Assembly: GCF_964355755.1 (NCBI RefSeq)
Contig: NC_092673.1
Span: forward strand, 20,953,648 to 21,017,647
DNA: 64,000 bases
Source of the DNA: Antedon mediterranea
Taxonomy: Eukaryota > Animalia > Echinodermata
Reading direction: 5' to 3'
Notes under the pieces: model-generated
What the model saw: only the letters and a program-made list of their open reading frames with translations
What the model was told of the DNA's origin: nothing
Database searches by the model: none
Made by a program: the position numbers and the translations under genes
Shown: piece after piece, positions 49,077 to 61,000 of the stretch
Numbering within the stretch: the stretch's first letter is position 1
How the letters are laid out: each line of letters begins with the position of its first letter

Positions 49077-52000
49077 TTAATCAAGACTTGGCCTAATTTC
49101 ATCATCAACACTAATCGCTTTCATTTTACAAAAGCTAGCTTTTCGGCTGGCTTGTAACACTGATGTGTTTGTTGACTCTTTCTTCTTCTGTAATGCTACA
49201 ACTATCCTAGCAACAGCGTCTCCTATTTCATCAATTCCGGCATTTTTATCCCCTAGCAACTCCCAGTCATCTGAACTTACACCATCTGGTACCTGTAAAT
49301 AAATCATACAAAACTTTTTTCAGTCTCAAAAATAATAGTAACGTATAATAATAGTGATTAGTTTCTATTATAATGTGCCATATGATACTTTATAATTTTT
49401 GATTCATAAAGTTTTAAAAAACAAAGAAATATGTTGGAATTACAGGAAACCATAATATGTAAATTGTGAACCTTAAGAATTTTCAGGTTTCATAAGAACT
49501 TTTAGGCTTCTAGTGATTTTATTTATGAAGATTTGTTTTTTTCTTACCTTGAATATTTTTTCAGGAACATTAAACTTTCCGCCAGCTGCTCCACCAGTGC
49601 ACTTGACTGGAATGACAACATGCTCACTCCATGCAAACTGCTCGGCTTCGTGTGCTGCACCTGGACCTCCTAAAAACATACATTTATATTGTAATCATGA
49701 ATACATAAATTGCGAGTGAGGGGTCGAGCGGATAAGACAGTGGAACCATAATTACGTAGCCATAACATCGGCAAAGGTTCAAAGCTCACTCGCTCTGGTG
49801 GTAGAATGAGTCTTCTCGGATAAGGACTATGAACCGTAGGTCCAGTGTACACATCTAGCTTATTTGCACTTTAAAGAACCTAGTACATCTTTTGAGACAT
49901 GTAGGGGGTTACTCTGGTGTATTAGTACACACACAGTCTCTATCACACATGGCCAATGATCATAATTGAGGTCAGTCAGTCAGTCAGTAATAAATAAATA
50001 AGCGATTATATGCATTTAATTTTAAAATATTATTTTTACAAAAAACAACCTTTAAGACGCTGAACTTACCCTCAATAAGGATACAGATGTCAAATACTTG
50101 TGATACAATGTTCTCACGGTCTCGCACACTCTCACCGTGAAACAATGTTTCACCAAAATTCACACTGCGAAATGTCTTGTCTTCGTTTTGACTACCCTGT
50201 TTACTGCGGTCCTGTTTATAATTACAAAACAAAGCTTATATAATTTAAATATAAAAATTGTATTTTTTTTTGTCAGATAATATGCTAACTTCTTATAGCC
50301 TACTGGGCACATAAGTTATTTAAGAGTTTTTAGTCAACATTGTACACTAGGATTGTACTAATCCAATTTTGTTATCATACAAGTGTAGACCTGTGGCCAT
50401 ACTCATCATTCACACTTAGGGAAAACATTTTCCATTAAAATTTTAAAAAATCTCCTGTCTTAGTAAATACAGTTTAAGGGAAGTACTTACAAATTTATTG
50501 AGTGAAATATTTAGGTAAAACATCTCACTTAAGTGTGATTGGTGAATACGCGGAAACTGTGCAAAGCTTAAATGCATGCATTTATTTATTTTTATTTCTC
50601 CACAAACATTATTCGCGCAAACAAGTTCACCTAGGCTTTATGCAACTTACTTCATAATCTTTGATTGGTAGTATATGCCATGTATTTGCTGGTTTCTTGA
50701 GCTGTATTCTGGTGTCATAGAAACTCCTAGAGACTAGTTTACCAACGCCAAAGAAACCGCCTGTTGCCAAACCAATGTAATCTATTTTTGCTAATGATTT
50801 ACCTATAGCTCTTCACAAGGTAAAAACAATAATAAGGTCAGTTGTAGTAGTAATTATAATGTCAAAACGGTCTTAAATGTTAAATGTATTTATTCATCCT
50901 CAAGCTTAACGGGAAACTAAGGAAATTTGGATTAGGCCCTCTACAGACCCACGATATTATCATTACACCATCACTCTCTGTTATATACATCACCTGCCAC
51001 TATTTCTATATGGTTTCCCGTCCATAACGCAACGTGATCTGACAAGAACCGGTGTTTTAACGCAGTATGCCTTGTAGGATAAAACTAAAGAATGTAATGG
51101 TGATACAAGCTATCGTGTTTAAAGAAAGTTTATACTAATAAATTTTAAATATTGACTCTCTCTGCTTATACCCGTGTAAATGAAGTTCAAAGTCTATAAC
51201 TCAAGGACCACAATTGATATACAGTATTAATTATTATTTGAAATATGTAGCAGATAACTTTACAAACTTACCGGCAGATCTGTTCACTTTTATCATAAAA
51301 AAAGCGTGTTCCTCCAGAGATGTAAACACATTTTTTCAAGGGAAGTGAGCATTTTAAGTCGTGCACCTGAAACATTTAGTAAATAATAATGAAGCTCTTT
51401 ATACATGAAATGGTTAGATTCAAGTCATGGTTAGGCTTTCAGCACCATATTCTCATCAGGGAATGTAATATGTACTATCATCTAGTGTTAAAGACCCATT
51501 CTCTACAATTGTTGACGTTTTGTAAAAATAATGCATATATATTACCGTAAAAACATTAAACCAGGGTATTCCTTGTCTTGGATGTACGTTTTATGGTAAA
51601 TTATGATTAAAAGAGAGAAACAATGCACTACCTAAGTAGCTCGCGGTGAATGTCGTCTCACGGACGGTCTTTAGGCCTAGCCTAGCTAGGCTTAGTTTTG
51701 TAGGCCTAGCTGGTAAACAATAGTAACGTACGAACATCGTACACTAGCTATAGGTCTAACCTGACCTTGTCTAGTTGCTGCATTGATTGTCTTTCTGAAT
51801 CCGTAATACCAATCGGGGGAAACCTAGTATTTTCGCTGAAAAGTTACGATTCTTTCATTTATTTTAGCCTTAACGATCGATCGAAAGTAGGTGAATCACA
51901 GAATAAAAACTAAAATATCAATCCATGCGCAATGCATGTTGGGATTTATAGCAGACCGCTAAAATTATTAGAATCAACTTATTTTTCACATTTTGAACCG

Positions 52001-55000
52001 TTCATAGACAAAAGTTTATTGCGATAAAAGTTATCGCAATAGGACCATGTAGTATTCATTTTTACATTAAATGTAAGTTGTGACCTTAAATTGGATCTAA
52101 AAAACGTAGGGAATGGGATTTTAATGGTTGATGGTCCTTTAATTATCAACCATTGATCTATCTCTAAATGTATAATAACACTATTCAAGTTTTACTTACA
52201 AACTGTAAGTGACTATAACTGAATCTGGTAGAAGAATATTTTAATTTATTGGACCTCTGTGTTTTGTCTTTGTTCTTTGACATTGTAACTGTTTGTTTGT
52301 CTGGGCCTTCTTGGAAGATTTATGTTTAAAACTGTAACTAAACTAAAATAAGGTTACTCACATGATTATCAAATTCTGCCTCTTTAGTAGCCTCCGCTTC
52401 AAACTCCTTGGGATCAAATGCTTTCTTAACTCGACTCAAGAGGGAGTCTTTATACCCTGTACGCTGCACATCCTAATTACCAAATAGAACAAAATGTAAA
52501 TAATTTTGTTATATTTATTAATTTCAGCAAACAAGAGATAAAAACAATGAGTAAAGCTCTGTCTACACTATCAAACTCTATGTGACAACAAAATGTCCAT
52601 ATATGGACATGATGATGCCATATCACTACCATATTTGGGCAAATAACACTTTTGTTGTCAAACTAGTTTGATAGTGTAGACAGAGCTTTACGTGTTGAAA
52701 AGATTCATAGGATTTTATTTATAAATTTATAATCAAATGTAAATGATGTTTAAACTGGAAAGGTATTTATCATCATTCTCAAGCTTAACTGGATTTGTAT
52801 TAGGCCAATAGAGTAGCGCCTACCAGATCAGCACACTGGGAGATGATCGATTAGTGGGTACTGGCGTAATCATATGCAATATGTAAACTGACCTCAAATG
52901 TACTTGTTCCTATTAACATGGACATCCATCCAGGCATTTCAAAGTGTTCGTAATTCAAAGGTACAACACGTTTACGATGTTCGCAATAAAACACCTACAT
53001 TATAAAAAAAAAAAAAATTACCTATATTATACAGCAGAACACAATTGAGGTACTTTAAATCCATTTTACTCACAAACTATTTTGTAAGATGCAATAAGAA
53101 GTTTAATGTGTTCATACATCAAATCCCATTTTAGACACAGACACAGCTGCCAATCAAATTCAGTGCGACCATTGCTTGAACTAATCAACATTGTTTTATC
53201 ATTGCATTCATTATTGTTTTAAGAAAATTCACCTGGTGAGCATGTGCAGAAAGGTTAAAAAAAAGGTCAATCACTGATTATCAAGACAGGATTAAAGACA
53301 GTGCGTAATGGCTATTAGCACTCACTGGCTAAACCCAGAGCTTATGGGGGTCCTGAGCAGTGCCCAGAGAAAAAAAACAGGCATTAAAATATTTCAAAAA
53401 AGGCTAAAAACATCCAGCGTTGGAGAGCCAATAATAGGGTTCCTAAACCAAAAGCCTCAGGCCTCTATGTTACGCTACTCATGATATAAAGCCTTCCTTT
53501 TGAACTATATACTATGTTTATTTTTCATACTTTACCTGTTGTTTGCAAGTCTTTGATTCAGCAAAAGCCTTTGAAAGAACAAATAACACTATACCAGATT
53601 CATCCACTCTCTGCTGAAACATGACCTTTGACCGACTCTCAGCTGACATGTCTTGTGTGCAGATTACAGGTATAGTTGAATCTAATAAAACAAAGTGTTT
53701 ACTCTTTGATTTTATTTATGTTTTTATTTATTTTATTTTTGTTTGTTTTACTGTTGCGGTCAGTAAATAGTCGTTTGGTCTGTAGGTAGTCTGTTGGTCA
53801 TTAAGTAGTCTGTTGGTCAGTAAATAGTCATTTGGTCAGTAAATAGTCGTTTGGTCTGTAAATAGTCGTTTGGTCTGTAAGTAGTCTTTTGGTCAGTATA
53901 GTAGTCTGTTGGTCAGTTCAGCTCCTAAATGAATCATCTGTGTTATTGTTTTTTCTTTGTCTTAATTCTTTACTATATTGTATCTTTACCTGATGATTGT
54001 GAAGACCCTTGTGTAGCACTGAAGTCACTGAACTCCATTAGTTCTGTTGTACACCATACCTCATATCCCTCACCTTCAAACAATTTTTTAATTTCATCCG
54101 CCTAAAAAATAAATTTTGTTTAGTCTAGTGAGTAGAACCTCTTATTCAGAGGACACCTCAATTAAGGGATCACTTTATTGGCTGCCCATATATAGGTTAT
54201 ACTATATTTATTTAATATTATTATTATTAAACTTACGAAATATGCTTGCTTTGGATGTACACCAATGACAACCAATGGTTTTCCTTCTCTGCTCTCCATG
54301 GTAACAAATGAGCTCCTACTAGCACTATTTGGGAGAACTGAACCATAACTCTTCAACATTGTGGCCTGAAAAAAACCAAAACATTCTACCAATGTTAACT
54401 AACAATAGTATAAATATAGCAGTAATAATTACCATTTTTCATCAAATTTATTTCAAAATATTTACAATTTCAGGTCAATTAGTGGAAATTAATGGTTCTC
54501 AGCTATAATATTTAATGCTGAAACAATTAATTTGAAGTTAAAAAAATGTTAAATATAAGTGATCACATGATAACATACCCTCCTTGTCAGTCCATTCTCT
54601 GTCTGTTTGTCCCTCAAATCTTTAAACCTTTCAGCAACTTCTCCAGATACATATTGTATATCAGTCATGTCCCATGAATACGTTTTCTCTCCATTGCCTG
54701 ACTGGCCTACAGTGATTAGTAAAGCAAAAACGATCAGGTTAAAGGTTAACTAATTATTGTAACAACATGAAATAGTTTGATCTGATTGGTATGTTCATGA
54801 CCTCTAATCTCCGGGTGTCCCATGTGCTCACGGTCACTACAAAGAGGTTAGATATAATTAAGATTGAAGAAGAAAATTCAGCAAAAGATTACTAAAGCTC
54901 TGTCTACACTATCAAACTTAATGTTACAACAAATATGATGTACGTATATATGGACATGATGATATCATGTCACTACCTATTTGGAAACATCACACTTTTT

Positions 55001-58000
55001 TGTCAAACTAGTTTGATAGTGTAGACAGAGCTTAACACTATAAGCATGCAATCATAGAAACATTACCATAGATAAAAATACTACTATACCTTAGAATCCC
55101 ACATATTATTTGATATTAGTAGCTAATACTACAAAAAAAGAAAAACAGGCGAATGCAGGCTACATTGATATTAGTACTGTGGTATTACGAGGAACAGGCG
55201 AATGCAGGCTACATTGATATTAGTACTGTGGTATTACTAAGAACAAGTGAATATTGGCTGTATTAATACTTGGGGATAAAGTACACTTTAGGGTATTATG
55301 ACAATGATATTATCTAACGGCCTTACCACGTTAATCACCAAAGTTAAGCAACGTTGGGCCCGGTTAGAGCTTGGATGGGAGTATTGGGTGCTGTATATGA
55401 AGCTGGGGACTCTTATGGCAACTGCATCTAGTTTATGCCTCAGACGTATTAGCTTATGCCTCTCCTCTGGCTAAGGTGGGCACTGGACAAGAGAAGCCCA
55501 TATTAAACAGTCCTGGCTTATTCATTATTCAGATGAATATAAGACTAATTGGCACTGTCGTTTACAACAGAAGTCAGCCATCAACAAAAAAATTATCTAA
55601 CAATACACATTTATTCAACATTTTAAGAAACCAAAGAGATAACCCAAGAAAAATGATAAAAGATATATTGTCCCCCTAAACAATTTCTTTTGTTGAATGT
55701 GTCATTTTTATTAATCTTTATTGTGAAGTTTTTGGAGGACAATACATCATGAATGTTTAGAAGCATGGTTTTCACAATGACAGTTATCTCTCCTGAAAGA
55801 TTTTTGTTAGTTGGTTCAGTTTTTAAATAAAATGTAGTTAATGTTATTATTAATATTGTGTAATGTATAATTTTATTTATGTTAAATGATAAATAATAAT
55901 AAAAAAACAAAAAAACTGATTATATTGTATAAAATAGAGTTCTGCGGTGTGACGTCACAACGATAGATGGCGCTGCATGGTTGCTAGCCAACTAAAAAAT
56001 GCGTTCAACGCAATGACTACTTCAATAAGCCTATTCCAAACCATTGGTGACCTTGGAGTCACTCAGCCAGGCTGAACGCATTTTTGGTTGGCTAGCAACC
56101 ACGCAGCGCCACCTACCGTTGTGACATCAGCACCATAGAACTCTATAAAGGATTTTTGACATTTTGTTTAAAATCAACAAGACACAAGGGACTACAAATA
56201 ACCAATGCTATCAGATATTTTACATAATTGTATTTTGACTTTCTTCTCGTTTAATTTGATGTTAATAGCTTTATGGATAATCATCGCAAAAAAGTTTTGA
56301 TTTAATTGTTCATAAATCCCCGTTATTTACCTGATATAACTTTCCCATGAAAGGAAGACATCAGAATTTTTGTAGTCCTTGTCTCTGAAATAAAATTTCT
56401 CCAACATTTTCAAAACAATAAAAAAAGATTTTTTTTTAATATCCGATATATGATAAATAAATAAATATTTATACTACAGTTTGGAAATATGATGTTAGAT
56501 TAATCTTGAACATTTCAAATAAAGAAAGTTATTCATCAGAATACAGGAGTTTATTCCAAATAAACAAGGCAGATATAGTGAGTATTTGCTTTCCCATAAC
56601 TATGAAGTTCTAACTGGGCCTAAAAACCCAATGATTTCACAAATTCAAGGAAATGAGTGAGACATTTGTTTGTTTATTATTTATTTTACCAGATATTCTA
56701 CAAGTTCACATGGTTATAGGTATCATCAATATAACAAGGATTTTTAAAGGGTTTCATTTTTCATAGGGACAAAAATTGACAGAGCTAGGCAATAGTAGTT
56801 GAATATATCATCACTTCTTCTTTGGAAAGGTGTAAAAATGTGTCGAAAAAAAAACAATAATGCTTTCACAACAAATTGATAAATGTTGATTTTAGTGTAT
56901 ATTTCTGTGTGGACCATTATACTAACTGTAATAACTGAGGATAATTTGCCATTTTATGTAGGCAAAAATATATTCATAAATGTTGATTTTAGTGTGTATA
57001 TGTGTATGGCACCATTATACTAATACCTGGTGGAGGAGTATTTTGTAATTTTACATGACAACAAAATTAATAAATGTTAATTGATTTTTAGTGTATATTT
57101 CTGTGTGGAACCATTATACTATACCTGAGGAGTATTTTGCCATTTTCCCAAATGCGCTGTTGTCTGATAGTGGTTTCTTAGACTTAACTGTTGGCAAGAT
57201 TTCACACAGTTAGCAGAAAATGACTAATAACTACAAACAGAATATTGAAAGGTCACTGAACAGTCTTAAGCTCTTTCTTCACTACCAAACTAGTTTGACA
57301 AAAAAAGTGTGATGTGCCCAAATATGGTAGTGATATGACATGTCCATATGGGTATATCACATATTCATGACACATTTAAGTTTGATAGTGTAGACAGAGC
57401 TTTATCTTGCTAATAAAGGCATATTTTAAGCTGTATTTATTATTTCATAGAAGCTTAGAACTATCTTTTAGACAGATGATACATACATTCTATACTACAG
57501 AATATTGTTTTATGGTAAAATGGTAAATTCCATGGCAACAAATTTTTATTGGCTTTTCAGTATGATAACTTTACTTAATTAGAGAGATTCTATCCTAAAT
57601 AGTTTTGGAATTTAGCAAGCAAAAGATTTATAGCATAGAATTACAAAGCTCACACACAACAACAAAGCAAAACATAGCTAAAAATAATAACAAAACACAT
57701 TCAAGTCTACATATTATGATGGATAAAACTCAGGACCAATGTAACATGCAATATGACAATTGACAGCCTACCGTTAGAAAGATCAGGCCTTTTCCATGCA
57801 ATGAACTGCGTGGTTGCAAACTGAATAGCAAGACACCCAGGAGGCCACGTGTCTAGAAAGTTTACTGGAACTATAAACTTCCCGAGTACATCTGCTAATT
57901 TGATCTTCAAAGCACAAAATGAAAACCATTTTAATAACAATACAGATATTTTATTTATAAGATATAATTTTAGTGATTTAAATCACTAAAAAGATCAATT

Positions 58001-61000
58001 TCTTTTCTGAAGATGAACACACATTCATGAAATAATATTCGTAATAATATAAGTAAAGCTCTGGACTACCTCTAGGATTTAGTCCTGGACTATCCTAAAA
58101 AGATATTTATGAATGTGGTTTTATACGCCTATCCACCACATTACGTTGATTTATTGCTATTCATTAATATCAATATTAATATTGTAAATTAGCTTTATAA
58201 CCTTATGCATCACATTATTATGTTAATTGTACTGTGTCAGTATGGATTCAACATATGCTTTGGGTCTACAAATGTATTTATTGAACGATACAAAATGAAA
58301 ATTTTTCTTTTACCTCTCTATTTGTCCATTGTGTTTGACCATAAGCTGGAGTTAGGAGTGGAAGAAATACTTCACAATTACTAACAGCAAAGTTTAAACT
58401 GTCTTGCCAGTCTGTTCCACATCGTATCTCATGTACATCCTACAGGACATAATGTAAAAAGGATATTAGAAATGCACTGGACAAGGACTAGCAGTATAAG
58501 AAGAGTAAAATCATAGCATACATAAACCTAGAGTCTACACTATCAAACTTTATGCGACAAAAAAATGTGATGTGCCCATATATGGTAGTGATATGTCCAA
58601 GTATGGTTGTGATATGATATCATCATGTCCATATAGGCACATCACATTTTTCTGTCACCTAAAGTTTGATAGTGTCTGTTACTAAACATTTGAGGAAGCC
58701 AATCAGTCAAGGGTTTAGGAGGCGAGAGACTGATCATTTTCGAAACAAGAGGTAAACTTTGATCTGGCTGAGATCAACGTCCTGTTGTTAGATTGCCTTG
58801 TTTATAGCATTTAAATGTCCGATTTTTGTCCATGAACAGAGTCATTGTGAGTTATTCATGTCAATTTAAACACATATAATAAATCATGTACACACGCCTG
58901 AAGAGATACAGATGATTCACTGATACTATAACTTATTTTTATATAAAAAGTAATTTTATTGGTTGAGGGAATTTAGAATAAATTTTGCTTTTAAATATCA
59001 CCAAGTTGCATAACTAATTAACTTCATAATTTACTATTAATCTAAACATTTTAATTAAGACACCTTCTTCCATCATCTGTCTTCTCACACATTTTACAAA
59101 CAGTTTTGCGAATGTACACACTCAATGCAAAAACATAACATATAACATCCTTTTACAAAAAAGAAATAAAAAAGAATCAAGTATTGATATATACTGTGCT
59201 TGACTGATACTTCATGAGATTGATATTTCATGTGATTGATATATCATGTGATTGATATATCATGTGATTGATATATCATGTGATTGAAATATCATGTAAT
59301 TTGTATAATTTGATTGACTGATATACCATGTCATGTGACAAACATATTACAAACATGCCAAAATCTGAATTTTTTTTAAATGGGAGGTGGTGTTTTTTAT
59401 AGGTCAACAGCACCTTCTATTTATTATTGACACCAGGAGAAATAAGGAGTGCAGTGTTTGACGTGACATATCCATGTGGTGAATATGTAATGAAAATCCC
59501 CTTCCGATGTGAGGAAAATCGGTTTAAAAAAAAATTATGACAGTAGATGTTCGTAGAATGGCTTAAATTTCGTAAATTTGCTTGTGTATAAGCTTTTTTG
59601 TTATATTTAATGCACAAACAACACATACATCAAGTTCAGTTATCTTTGTAATCTGGGAGAAAATATGGAAAACCAAGAGCACAATGTAAGGCCAGGATAC
59701 GAGTCTAACATATGGCAGTCTCTCCGCCAAAACGGGAGTGTTGGCTTGTATATATTTTGGTATATTTATCCACATATAAATCAATACAAAAATACATACA
59801 TTATTACTAATGCAGCCCAACGAGCTGAATTGCAGAAATAATATATTAGCCTAAATTGATTGATTGACATCAGAAAAGCTACGAGAAAGTTACGAAAAAC
59901 ACACAGTACGGGGAAAAAAAACCGTAGTCAGGCACAAATTTTGTGGTCAATGTATATATTTAGATATGTAATAAGTGAATGTTTTAAGGTTTTTTATTCA
60001 TGTATGTTTTTAATTGTATGGTACAATATCTAATTTTATTAAGATATTTCTATTTTTATAGCAATTTTAACTAATTTTTAGTCATTTGTAATACATTCAT
60101 TTCAGTCCTTGACTGTTGTTTTGTAATATATTTTTATATACCGAATAAATAAAAAATTAAAAAAATATCAAACAATTGCAACAAAATTGCACGTATGATA
60201 TCATGTGATTGGTTGATATTCCACCAGAAAAGATTTATTATCAAATTAATAATTCAGACACTTACTAGATAAACACTGAACCCCTCTTCTTCTAAACCTT
60301 CTTTCAAATCCAAAGCACATTGTGTTGCCTCTGCTCTAACGTAACTAATCACAACTTCCTTGGCTAGTTGCTCATTTTCAAATGGCACAGGTGAGTTTGG
60401 TTGTGTTCGTGGCAAAGAAGGGGATTTTGAAGCAGAATGATTGACAACAGTTAGAGAAGAAGTTGATGGTTGATGACTATGACTATGTACACGTGTCGGT
60501 GTTCTAAAGAAAAAATGTTTAAGATGTAAAACCAAACCAAAAACATGAAAAATTAAGATTAATAAAATCAGACTTTAAATAGGCCATTTAACAGTTTTAA
60601 TCAAGTTATTAACTTCTGTAAAAAAATATATAATTATTTCACTTAAAAAACGATAAAAGAAATGTTTAATTTTAAACAAAAACCATTGTCTGACAGTGAC
60701 AGACATATTTTTTGCTTTAAATTACATTTTTTCAGGCAAATAATTTTGTTTTCAATCCAGTTTTTGGTCAAAGTGAATAAATATTAAGTGTAATTCTGTT
60801 CATTTGAATTTGTTATTTCATTCCAGCTTTATTCAGGATTTACATTAATATAATAAAATATAACTAGTACAAATATGGTATAATCGAGAAACTCCCTATA
60901 GTCAAATGATTATGATAATGCCTTGAAAGAGGTGTACACTTCATATAGACGCATACATAACTTCTGTTTAAGAAAGCAAGAGAACATACTGTACCTTGCT

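Noticed and set aside
55315-55400. Functional 5S rRNA gene
   Set aside because: Two internal deletions, no T-run terminator, and it continues into a body shared with another dispersed copy.
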